DNA of 64,000 nt, taken from contig JAAOMT010000235.1 in NCBI GenBank assembly GCA_016748015.1, positions 62,001-126,000 on the forward strand, read 5' to 3'. The position numbers and the translations under genes were made by a program. Each line of letters begins with the position of its first letter. The stretch's first letter is position 1. Of this stretch, positions 9,961-22,379 are shown one piece after another. This stretch comes from Geosiphon pyriformis uo1. Its lineage: Eukaryota > Fungi > Glomeromycota. Under the pieces are notes generated by a model. That model had not been told where the DNA came from. It did not search any database and saw nothing but the letters and a program-made list of their open reading frames with translations.

Positions 9961-12900
9961 GTGGCAACCACACCAGACACAGCAACTCTAGAGTATTACC
10001 AGTCAATTTACACCCACTGCAAGCAAAGATTCAACATTCCAGACGGAATTGAAATTGTAAAGAAATCAGTATACCAATACATTGAAAACCGCATCAACAA
10101 TTATCTTTTTGGAAACTACAACATTTCAGAAGTTAGAAGCAATCTCTACAATAATTTAGTGCATTATTCACATTTGGGAACAGAAAACCTGAACAGTGAA
10201 ACACTTGCTACCTACTTCCAAGAACTTAATTTTAATATTATTAAGTATTGTGAAGAAAAATACCCAGTACAGTCTAAATACTCTTTTGACTTTGAATCAG
10301 AGACAGAAACAAGCAATAAAGGCAAACAAAAATTGAAGCAATACTCAAGAACCACTCTAAACACTCCAACACTACAAAAGACAACTGCCAAACACTTGCA
10401 AACACCTGAACAAGGAACCAGTGTCAAATTACCACTTTCTATTACACCATTTCCAATTTTACTTGTTCAACCACAAACACCAAGTTCACCACTTAGCTGT
10501 TTCTCCAGACCAGAAGATTTTCAGTCACCTAGAAATCCTACTCAACAGCAGGAACCAATATCAACAAGTGCCAATATCATTAATTACTTACAGGAAAACG
10601 AAAGTAATCACTCAGAAAGCTTGGAAAGTAAAAAAACTGAATCAGAACCAGAAGAAATTCCAGAAAACGAAGAAGAAATAGCAACTGCTTACATTGCAAA
10701 AATCCCAGAATTCACTGGTGAAGACAATGATACCAGTCCCCAAGAATGACTTAACAAAGTTCAAAAAGCAGGAGATACAAATGGTTGGATTGCAGCAAGA
10801 ATGCTCAAAGCAATTTCCTACTTTCTCCAAGGAACAGCAGGAGAATGGTTTGAAAATTTAGAAGAACCATTTGAAAACTGGCAAGCATTCAAAGATGCTT
10901 TTCTACAACAATTCACTGACAACAATACCTCTATCACTCTCAGAAACCGCTTTCGCAATATCAAACAAGAAACATCTGAATCTGTTATGACCTATCTTGG
11001 AAGATTTAACAAACTTCTCAGACGAATCTGACAATTGGAAACCAATAACTACTATTCTGATGCTCAAATTCTGGATCAGTTTATAGCAGGATTAAAAGAC
11101 AAACTGATTAAGAAAGTCTGTCCACATGCTCCAGCAAACTTAGCAACTGCTATTAGACATACAAAGAGCTATGAAATGACAATGAAAGAAGCAAATCACA
11201 CCAAGCTTGTAAACCTTACAATTGGAGAAACCAGCTCAGCAGCTAAAAAGAAGATAGACCAACTCACAAAAAAAGTTGAAAGCTACTTCACAAACCAACA
11301 ACAACAGCAACAACAACCACAAAGATATCAATCCCCACAATGACGCAACCAAAACAATTTTGGATCATCATCCAACAACCAATCTCAAAATTGTCATTAT
11401 TGTGGAATTCCAGGACACTGGAAACAAGATTGTAGGAAATTACAAAGAGACTAACAAAACAGGAGTAATCAACGTTACTCTTCACCACAACAATCCTATT
11501 ACCAATCTCCACCACCAACTTATTATTTACCAAGACCACAAAATCAAAACAGTTACTATCCACCAGCTCCACAATTAATACAGCAACAATATCAGCAATC
11601 TTTACCAATTCAGTCATATCAGACACCACCCACTCAACAATATCAAGTACCAGCAAAAAGATTGGTTCAACATAACCAATTCACACCCCAAAATCAATTG
11701 CAGAATAACCACAACAGAATCAATCCAAATAACCAGTTGGTTTCTCAAAATTCAGGCCAGCAAAGACCCAATCACTATCACACTCAACCCAGTTATTTTA
11801 CAATACCAGAGGTATCGGATTTTCAACAAACTGCACTTTCTGAAAATGAAATTGCAGCACCAAGATCAAACTCTTCCAACCATACCATTCTCCCAGCTCA
11901 AATTGCCCAAAATGCTAATCTGTCAGATATATTTCCATTTGAATTTGAGGCAAATGAATTACCATTTCTGCTTAGTAATGCAGCAGTCAATGAACAGAAA
12001 GCAATTACTACCATGTACACAGAAACTACAGTGGAAGAAAAACCCATTTGCTTAATCTTAGATAGTGGATCAGCTGGAAGTATCATCACTTACCAGCTGA
12101 TGCAACAACTCAAACAAAATGTAGACAGACCAGCTCAAACAGTTATTGTCACAGCTAATGGTATGAAGAAGACTCCAGTAGGAGAAATTGATGATTTCTC
12201 TTTTTCAATTGATGGAATCACCATTCCAGTTAAAGTTCTTGTTATGGATGCACCCCAATATCAAGCTCTAATCGGAAATGATTGGCTTCTTAAGGCCAAT
12301 GCAAACCTGAACTGGGAAACTCAAGAACTTAAAATCTCATACCAAGAACAATATACCATAGTACTTACAACCTGTGGTACCTTTAACAAACGATCAGAAA
12401 AAGCTTCAGTATTTGAATTTGAAGAGGAGAAAGAAATGCCACTTACTGAAACCTACATGGCTCTTGGATCAACATCCAATTGGACTGAAGAAACCGAACA
12501 AGAGATTTTCAAAGAATCAAGGGGATGGAAGAAAGTTAGATATTCTACACCAGAACCACAGAAACAACTACTCTATATTCCACTCAAATGCAAAGATTGC
12601 AACAAAAAACTTTCATCAATGGGAGCATGTATTTCTCCAGAAGAGAAATATGAAACTCGTACCTGTTATTTTTGCAAAACATGCCATAGAGAACGATTTG
12701 GATCTCCAAAAAGAAGTGGAAAATGGGACAACACACCTTGCCTTACATGTGAAGAAATACTACCAAAAGAATGCAATTGGATTGATGTAGCAATAAGAGG
12801 AGGAGTATGTAATCAAACCTGTCAATATGCTCTATCAATTTCGGAAAAAGTCAGAAGAGGGACATCATTTGATGCAGCATACAACAGTGCTTTCAATAAA

Positions 12901-15585
12901 CTTTACCACTATCCTCATGATGCTGAAATGATTTTTGACTTAGCAATGGCATTAATCAATGGAGCCACTTAAGAAGATGTCTGCCAAATGAAAGAAGCTG
13001 AATATATTGAGTACACCATGGAATTAGCTAGATTTGATTATGAAGATGAAGTAAAAACCTACCACCAAATTGCAAGTCACACATATCCGACCAAAGAAGC
13101 TCAAATTCAACAATTAGAGCAAATGAACATTCAATTGTGTGAAGAATGTGTTATGTCTTGTGATGACCAATGGTGTTTAGAATGTTATGCTCTTAGCATT
13201 CCTCTGCCAGATGAGAATGATGAAAATGAAATCGAATTTGGAGTATCTAAACAAGTAGAAAAACTACCAACCACTCTTATCTATCTTCTTGAAAAGCAAC
13301 TACCTCTACAACTTAAATATTTTGACAACCATGGCCAAGGAATCAGACCAGAAAAAGCACACGAAATTGATGCTGGATATGACCTAAGATATCCAGGAAA
13401 AGATACTTTGGTTCTCCAACCAAAGTTCTTGACAAAAATCAATCTCAAAATTGCTTTTGAAATTCTACCAGGAGCAATGGTTCAAATTGCCTCCAGATCA
13501 TCATTGGCAAGTAAAGGAATCAATATTAGAGGAGAAGTTATAGATGCAGGATACACTGGAGACATTACCATCATGTTACAAAATAAGACAGACAAACCAT
13601 TCAAAATTGAACATGCTGAAAAAATTGCTCAAGCAATTTACTTACCCTTAATCAACATTTCGGGTTTACAATCAGTAAACAACAGAGAACAATTGGGAAA
13701 AAGTGAAAGAAGAACTTAAGGTTTTGGTTCAACTGGACGATTTACAGTTCCAGTAAACATAGTTCTTAATACACAAAATAAATCTTACCAGATTCTTTAA
13801 CTTCTTCAGCCAATTACCATTTCACCTTTTGGAGAACATCATGAAATTTACACTTGCTCAAAACCCACCACTACACAACAAATCTTTGAATCCAATGAAC
13901 AAATCTGTTTGAAGCATGAAATATCAATTCTAAACGTTTATATTCCCAAAGAAATGAAAAAATTTCGAGTTACATTCTACAATCCCAATATTTACTCTAT
14001 TGTTTTATTAAACAAATTAGAAATTGGAATCATACACAGCAATATTTTTCAAGATAAAAACCCTCAAATTGTTTCTAATTTCATCGAAATTATAAAGCAC
14101 ACTCTACTCCCAAATCCAAATATCATTTCCACTACTGAAAACTACCACTTGTTGGAAAAAAAACTCTCTCGAATCAATATGGGTCCCTTAGAACCTCAAC
14201 AACAAAGACAATTGAAACAATTGATAGCTGAATTTGCAAATATATTTGCAAAAGACAACAATGACTTGGGAAAAACAGACATTGTTCAACATCAGATCCA
14301 TACAGGAGATGCTCTACCAAAACATCAACAAGCTTATCAAGTGCCACCTGCCAGCCACCAATTTATCAGAGAAGAGGTCCAAAGAATGCTCAATAATAGA
14401 TTGATTCAACCATCAAAAAGTCCTTGGGCCTCACCAGTAGTTTTGGTTAAAAAGAAAAATAGAAAAATTAGATTCTGTGTTGATTATAGACAATTGAATA
14501 GTGTTACAATTGGAGATGCCTACCCTCTTCCAAGAATTGATGACATGCTAGATGCTCTGGGAAAAGCCAAGTTCTTTTCAACTTTAGACCTGGAAAATGA
14601 ATACTGGCAAGTCGAAATGGACCCAAAAGATAGACCCAAAACAGCATTTACCACTCAAGAAGGAAATTATGAGTTTAATGTTATGCCTTTTGGACTCTGC
14701 AATACACCAGCAACATTTCAGTGACTTATGGATGTTGTCTATGAAGGGCTCTTGTGGCAATCAGTAGTTGTTTATCTTGATGATACTGATGTATACTCAC
14801 CAAGCTTTAAAGCCCATCTCATTCACCTGCGAGAAGTTTTTCAACGATTATAGAAAGCAGGATTAAAGTTAAATATTGAGAAATGTCACTTTGAAAAAAC
14901 AAGTTTGATCTTTCTTGGACACATAGTTAGTAAAAATGGAATCAAACCAAATCCAGGAACAATCAATGCTGTCAAAAACTTTCAAACTCCCAGAAATACT
15001 ACAGAACTAAGAGGATTTGTGGGATTAGCCTCTTACTATCGAAAATTCATAAAAGGATTCTCAGAAATCACCAAACCACTCAATTATCTTACCAACAAAA
15101 ACGTACCATACAAATGGACTGAAAAACAACAAAAAGCTTTTGAAATTCTCAAAACAAAATTGACAACAGCCCCAGTTCTTGCTTACCCAGATTTCAACAA
15201 ACAATTCCAATTAGCCACCGATGTCTCACACATAACATTTGGTGCCATCTTATCACAATTGGATGAAAATGGCCAAGAACAAGTTATTGTCTATGCCAGC
15301 AGAACACTCAAGCCAACAGAACTCAAATATGGCTCAACTGAATTAGAAGCTGCTGCAGTTATTTGGGCTCTTAAACATTTTCAACAATATCTGAAAAATG
15401 GAAAAGAATTTGACATAATAATGGACAACATTGGTCTCAAATGGCTCAATAAAAAGAAAACTGAACAAAGTGCCAAACAGTCTCGATGGAATAACTTCCT
15501 AGCAGACTACAGATATATTGTACACCACAAACCAGGAAAACTACATACCAATGTTGATAGCCTCTCAAGAATAAGACAAGATTAA
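9961..15585 (+). pseudogene. Single-frame gag-PR-Cys-rich-dUTPase-RT-RNase H polyprotein of B
   Basis: ORF fragments at 9961, 10801, 11035, 11662, 12988, 13909 and 14905 are all in one frame. Motifs: CHYCGIPGHWKQDC, LILDSGS, dUTPase motifs, RFCVDYR, YLDD, TDVS/ELEAAAV, DSLSR then a stop. Confidence 0.92.
13303..13740 (+). pseudogene. dut: Trimeric dUTPase domain within B pol
   Basis: All five motifs are recognisable: DAGYDL, SRSSL, VIDAGYTG, KIAQ and R..GFGSTG (one TAA just before GFGSTG). Confidence 0.92.
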
Positions 15586-15966
15586 TACCAACAACAATTC
15601 CACCACAACTTANNNNNNNNNNNNNNNNNNNNNNNNNNNNNNNNNNNNNNNNNNNNNNNNNNNNNNNNNNNNNNNNNNNNNNNNNNNNNNNNNNNNNNNN
15701 NNNNNNNNNNNNNNNNNNNNNNNNNNNNNNNNNNNNNNNNNNNNNNNNNNNNNNNNNNNNNNNNNNNNNNNNNNNNNNNNNNNNNNNNNNNNNNNNNNNN
15801 NNNNNNNNNNNNNNNNNNNNNNNNNNNNNNNNNNNNNNNNNNNNNNNNNNNNNNNNNNNNNNNNNNNNNNNNNNNNNNNNNNNNNNNNNNNNNNNNNNNN
15901 NNNNNNNNNNNNNNNNNNNNNNNNNNNNNNNNNNNNNNNNNNNNNNNNNNNNNNNNNNNNNNNNNN

Positions 15967-17072
15967 CTTACAACACCAATCAAAACAATATTTCATACAC
16001 CAGAACAAAATTTATTATAAAAATCACAGAAAACCAAACCAGCCACTCAGATTAGTACAAGAAAATGAAAAAGAAACAATTTTATACAACATGCACACAG
16101 ATCCGTCTTTAGCACACTTGGGAAAAAAGGGAACAATTCAAAGAACCCTTGAACATTATTTTTGGCCTTATATGCAAAAAAACATTTGACAATATGTAGA
16201 ATCTTGTGATAACTGCCAAAGAAGAAGAGGAACTTGCCCCACAGAACCTTTAAATCCAATCAAAGTTGGACAACCTTTTGACAGAGTTGGAATTGATTTA
16301 GTCGGACCATTACCTATCACAACCCAAGGAAATTGTTATATTGCAGTTGCAGTGGATTATTTTACCAAGTGGCTTGAAGCTAGAGCTATCCAAAGAGCAG
16401 ATGCAAAATCAGTAGCAAAATTCATCTATGAAGACATTATCTGTAGACATAGATGCCCAATTGAACTTTTATCTGATTAAGAAACACATTTTGTGAACAA
16501 CTTGATACAAGAAATTTGTGAATGGTTCAATGTCAAAAGACCTCTATCATCACCTTATCACCCTCAAACAAATAGACTTGTAGAACATTTCAACAGAACA
16601 TTGTGTGAATCTTTAGCCAAAGTCTCAACANNNNNNNNNNNNNNNNNNNNGTACACTTGAAGGAAAAAGAAGAATAGCAGCAGCTCATATTGAATATTCC
16701 CAAGCTCAACAAAAAGAAAGACATGACAACAAATTACCATCTATTACCAACGAATTTAAAGTTGGAAATAAAGTTCTCTTACACAGAACTAAGGCTAAAA
16801 AACAATGGAGTGGGAAATTTGAAAACAAATGGGATGAACCATTTTATATTCACGAAATTCTAGGCAATGGATCATATAAGTTAAGACTTGATAACAAAAT
16901 ATTAGCAAAAGTTGTACATGGAGACAGACTGAAACACTATCATTCCAGAAACAATCCTGAACCATTAATTCCACAAATTGGTACACATTCCCCTTTAATT
17001 AATCCTGAAGATATTCCCCGAAATTTAGAACCAATAATTATAATAGAACAACAACCAAACTTGAACACTTAA
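15967..17072 (+). pseudogene. Integrase of B (separate ORF; start hidden in the N gap)
   Basis: MHTDP..AHLG, CDNCQ, FDRVGIDLVGPL, DYFTKWLEA, SSPYHPQTN, GNGSYKL, VHGDRLK. Confidence 0.88.
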
Positions 17073-17220
17073 ATTTTACAATAATTCTCTACTCAAAACA
17101 CAAAGACAAAAATAGTAAATAATTACAAAACACCCAAACCCAAAAACAAATAAAAAAAAACCCCCATATTCAAAAAATAATTTTTTTTATTCTCTCTTTT
17201 CATAATTAGTCAATTTTATC

Positions 17221-17928
17221 ATGATTATTTCCCGAAATATTCAACAAATATCCCAAAAATTAATGTTAGCTTTGAAAACACTCCCTGACTTATCTATAAC
17301 GATTAATGGAAGTTAAATTAAATACATTCAGAAAGAAACCACAGCCCCAGTAGCAAATCATTTACAGAACTATCACCCCTATAGAAGAGAAACAAGAAGT
17401 CACTTTGAGAATAGATTACCAAGACTTTTGAAGCAGACACTAGAAGAAAATCTGCTAATTGCCCCTATTAACATTCCACCAAATGCTACAATGCAACAAA
17501 AACTACTACTACTTCTTAATGAACAGAACAATGAACACACCCCTATTTATAAATACTTTCAAATTGGAAAAACACTTTATGAACGAAAACTGGAACTTGA
17601 AGCAACAAATCTCACTCCTGAAGTTATACAAAAACAAATCTACAATGAATTCAAAACAGCAGCTGGACCAACAAACACTCGCTACAAACTTAGAGCAGCT
17701 TTTAGACTCTATGATTTGTTTAATACTTGTGAAAATGTTCTACAAAATCCAATACTGCAATCAATAAAAGTCCAATACATTGGCAAATTCACAGAACTGA
17801 AATTTTAACAATTTTCAGACCAGATTATTTCAATCATTTTAGATCACTATCTCAATATTACAGATAGTGCTTGGACTTTGATAGAGCTCAGTCTTGAGGA
17901 GGAGATTATGTTACCAGTAGAATTTTAG
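17221..17928 (+). pseudogene. ORF3 of B, homologue of family A ORF3 (~235 aa, two premature TAA)
   Basis: One frame from ATG 17221 to TAG 17926-17928, with TAA at 17314 and 17806. Crosses the PPT (17896-17905) into the LTR. Confidence 0.78.
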
Positions 17929-18686
17929 CTATTAATTAGCATGAAATTACCCTTATAATTCCTATAATTCATTAGTATATTAATATCATTTCAAATTATC
18001 ATTTATTATTTAATCAATTATCACATATCACGATTCAAGTAAAATAATCTAATTAGTATAACAGAAAGTAAGATGATCAAATTACACAATACCCTGAACT
18101 TTGTAACATTCAAAAATTTGCTGAAATTTACAGAAATTCGCTGAAATTATGAATAGTTCATCCAAATNNNNNNNNNNNNNNNNNNNNNNNNNNNNNNNNN
18201 NNNNNNNNNNNNNNNNNNNNNNNNNNNNNNNNNNNNNNNNNNNNNNNNNNNNNNNNNNNNNNNNNNNNNNNNNNNNNNNNNNNNNNNNNNNNNNNNNNNN
18301 NNNNNNNNNNNNNNNNNNNNNNNNNNNNNNNNNNNNNNNNNNNNNNNNNNNNNNNNNNNNNNNNNNNNNNNNNNNNTCATTAGAGTAGCCTACAGACAAG
18401 ATTCCTGTAGAAGAGTTGACTTTTACAGCAAAGTAACTACACATTTTTAGTGAGCTTCCAGACGAGCAATTCCTGGGAAAGAGTTGACATTTACTACAAC
18501 ATAACTACATAAAGTAACTGGCAAAGAATTGGCCATTCCACTTATAAGCCCAGCAGTTCAAATTATAAAAGATAATTTGAAGATAAATTCAGTTATTGGA
18601 GGTTCAACTACTTCCTGAAAACGTGAATTCACAGCAAATCAACATTATCAACATTTAAGAAAAGAGACCAAAAACCTCCGGTAACA
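17909..18686 (+). repeat. 3' LTR of B (contains an N gap)
   Basis: Follows the PPT GAGGAGGAGA; matches the 5' LTR. Confidence 0.92.
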
Positions 18687-21600
18687 CCGGGAGACTACTG
18701 AGAAGATAACAATTAAATTTCTGTTCATTATACAAAGAACTCCACAACAAAACCTTCAGATCAACAAGATCTTCAGAAACCAATATTGATATAACAATTG
18801 AGCACCAAGTTACAGGTTTGTTATTTGATTTGAGACCCCAAATAATCACCTATAACAACATCTTTAGAACCAGCTTTTACCAGTAATCTGTCTGTTGATA
18901 TTTCAATTTTTTTTTTAAGCCTCAACTTATTACATACCCTTCTCCATTGTGGTAATAAAGTGTCAGAAATTTGTATGTAAATAGTATTCCTTTGCATTGT
19001 TTCTATGTTATCTGGTATTAAGTTAGTTATTTTGTGCATCCTTAATGCTTCACATTAAACTAGATCAATTTTTTTGCACTCATCTATAGTAAGTGTGGCT
19101 TCTAGTGTCTTAAACCATCTGGGAATTCTACTACCATCACTTTGTCTGTACTTCTTTGTAAAGTCTATCTATGTTATTAGTGATCCATCTTTGTTCTGTA
19201 CTTGATACAAATACAACATGTTTTCTTTCCTTAATAAGTTTCTAACTTTAGTGTAGGTTGCAAATGAAGCTAAAACAGTCTCAATTAAGTGTGCTTGTGG
19301 TCTTAAAGACTTAGATACCCCATATGTATTATCAGAGTTTTTGAATGAGATGCCTCTTTTTTTCATTATCTGTATGATGTTTGCTATAAGATTAATCTCT
19401 GACTTAGATTGTTTATAAGTGGGATATTCAAGTATATTATGAGCTGACCATTTTTGAAACTGCAAATTGGCTAATCTAATTTTTGTAGCCATTTCAGCAA
19501 TATTATTACTGTTCAGTCTAACCAACAAATCTGTAATCTTGTTTTTTGTTTGTATATCATCAACTCTAAACAAATTGTACAAGGATGAGTAATGCATGGC
19601 ACTGGCTGAAAAATCTACTGAGAGTTTTGCTTTTTTTTTTACAGTAACTGAGATCTTTGAGGTCCATCTCTTGGCCCAACTGTTTGGTATATGGGTCAAT
19701 TGAGATCTAAATTCTATTGTCAGACTGAGTACACTGTTGAAAATATAAATTACCTGTTTTTTAGTGATGTGTTTCTTTCTAATAACCCCATATACTGCTT
19801 TAATGTCAGAACCTATCATCTTCAGCACAGTCTCATTTTTTTCATCTGCTCTAATCCACACCCCCAAATATCAAGTGCATGTAGACAGATCCAACAATTT
19901 CAAGATTTGTTTGTTTGGACCAAACTTTAGTGGCTTAATCAATACTGACTTCCTTTTAGAGAGTCTAATTATTATTGTTTCAGTCTTATCTAAATTGATT
20001 TTAATATCCACTATTCTAAAGAAGGAGCTGGCTGTATCCAGAATACTCTGCATTCCTAGTCTTAAGTTAGCTATCCACACTGTGTTATCAACAAAGGCCA
20101 GGTGGTTTACTAATGCTATTAAGGATTGTATGTTTGTTTGATTGTCCCACTTTTTCCATTCAGTTTTTAATTTATATCCTTGGCTGTAATTGGTTTGTTT
20201 TACTTTACACAATAAGAGATCATAGAAAATCCTCCACATAATAGGTGAGCTTGTTCCTTCCTGATTCAGTTTATTCTGTACATGATATTTATCACTTAGC
20301 CCAAACTCAGTAATGATCCTATTGCTTTTATTGTTGTGCATCAAGCAAAATAGCTTAGTAAACCTATTGTTCATTTTGATTCTCTTTAGTGCAGCTTCTA
20401 TGGGTTTCCATCCCACTGAGTTATATGCTTTTTTTATGTCCTGAAATGTAAACCAAGTCTTATTACCAAATTCTCTTACATGCTCAACAACAGCATTAAT
20501 CACATAAATTGGCACTGCTGTAGAAGTATTCTTTAAAACTGAGGTGTTATAACTTTTTAGAACATTGTGGAGCTTACATGCTTTTGATATTCTTGCAGTA
20601 AGAATCTTTGTTAAGATCTTTCTAGTGCTTTCAATGAGTGTGATCGGCCTGGTAATGTTAATATTGCCACCCCATTCTTTTGGCTTTGGAATTAGTATGA
20701 CTTGTGCTATTCTCAACTCCTCAGGCATGTTTGCTGCTTTTATGCAAGCATTAAGCAATGTTCTTAGTTTAGACTTAGTATTAGGCCCAGTTTTCCTCCA
20801 AAGTTCAGCTTGTATGTCTGATGGGCCAAGGGTTTTGTTATGAGGTGTGTGGCTTAATATGTATTCAAATTCCTCATTTGTTATTTCAGCCATCACATTA
20901 TCAAAGACATGGTCTGAAATGCTCTCAATTGGCTTAAACCTGTATTCCCAACTTTTCCATAGTTCAGGTTCAAGAATTTTTGTTCTAGTCTACTCTTGAG
21001 CTTTCTTGTTTACTAGCTTTTTGATTTCATCAGGATCATCATAGAATTTGCCTTCTTCAATGATATGGTCTAGTACTATTCTTTGTCTTTTTCTGTTTAT
21101 AATACTTTTGATCATTGATTCTTTGCTTAGTTCAAAGTTCTGTTGTCTTTTGATGATATTGTCCATTATCTGCCTCTGCTGTTGTAGCCTGATCCTAACA
21201 TACAGTGTAGATCTGTATTCTTTTTTAATGCTTAATAATTTTATAATAAGCTTATCTTTTGGAAGAGTCATTAGATATGCATTAACTATTTCAGATTTCA
21301 ACTGTTTCCATTTGGCCAGTAGCTGCATAATATTGTTATCATGCATATTTGTATTGTTTACTCTTATTTGTTTGATTATATCAGCAACAATCTTAACAAG
21401 CTTGTAATCCATGCATTTATTCTTTGTGTGTACAGATCAGGCTTCCACTTTCCTTTTTAGGCATTCAGCAGCTTGTAACACAATCTCTTTGATTGTAAGC
21501 CACATCTAGTTTAGATCATCATTTCTGTTATCTATTGATTTTTTTTGTGCTTTATCTGTTAGTCAATCAGTTTCTCTTGCATAGATCTCCTATTGAACTC

Positions 21601-22379
21601 CAGATGTTTTTTTAACATCAATCATAGTTATGCTACACTTCTTCCTTCCAGATCTAGATTTTTTAGTACCTGCCAAGATTCTATTAGATCAGATAATTGT
21701 TACCACTGCTTTGTGATCAGTGCTAAATAATTCATTAACATTAATTACCCCAATATTTGTGACTAATAAGGCTGTAATAACATCAGTAAACACATAATCT
21801 AATTTTCTTTGTACTCCATTTGATGCCCATGTATTATCTAGATTGTTTACTGTATACATTCTATGTATATCTACCAGGTTCATGTATTGTAACAATGTTG
21901 CAATAGAACATTTTTTTTTTTGTTTGTGGCAAATGTTTCTTCAAGTGATTTGGATGCCAGATCTTCATTCAAATTGCCTGTCACTATAACAATTTCTTTG
22001 TTTTGCTAAAAGCTTTTTGATCTCTTTTGCCACTGCTTTTTCAGTAGTTGATTTAGAAGCAGGCATATACAACCCAACTATATGTACACTTATTCTACAC
22101 ATAAATTTCAATACCAGGTGCAATAGTCTCTCATAATAACCTCTAATTACCTCCACATAATAAGTCCAACATTTTTTAACCAGTATACCCACCACAGTTT
22201 CCATTTGTTTCTCATTGCTTGACTTCCAAAAAGTGTAATATTCCTCAGTACCAAAAAACACCTCTTTTTTTTTGAGTGGAGTTAGTTTAATTTCTGTAAT
22301 GACCACAAAATCAAACTGTTTGTCCTTAATCCATTGTAATATCTCATCAGTTTTGCCAGGATTGTTAAGTTCTCTAACA

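Larger units (their letters stand above)
9137..18686 (+). mobile_element. Ty3/Gypsy LTR retrotransposon family B (full length, dUTPase-bearing, degenerate)
   Basis: LTRs 9137-9915 and 17909-18686; exact CCGG TSD at 9133-9136 and 18687-18690; PBS and PPT present. Confidence 0.95.
8337..18857. mobile_element. Probable solo LTR of a third family (C), split into 8337-9136 and 18691-18857 by Gypsy B
   Basis: Begins TGTTA and ends TAACA; flanks ATGT/ACAT read as a decayed ACGT TSD; non-coding; TATA-like run near 8580; about 970 bp once B is removed. Confidence 0.7.
7734..22379 (-). mobile_element. LINE-a: ORF2 remnant (APE, RT, RNase H) in two pieces, 7734-8336 and 18858-22379
   Basis: RNase H (EAKAVLLAL, NTD, NEMADKLAK), RT (FQDIKKAY, HLAFVD) and APE (LDYVF, STDH) motifs. 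The reading frame AGSKD|RSAAAF is continuous across the 8337-18857 insertion. Confidence 0.9.

Noticed and set aside
9267-18444. ORFs containing long X runs
   Set aside because: Artefacts of the N gaps (9377-9670, 15613-15966, 18168-18375); the gap content cannot be seen.
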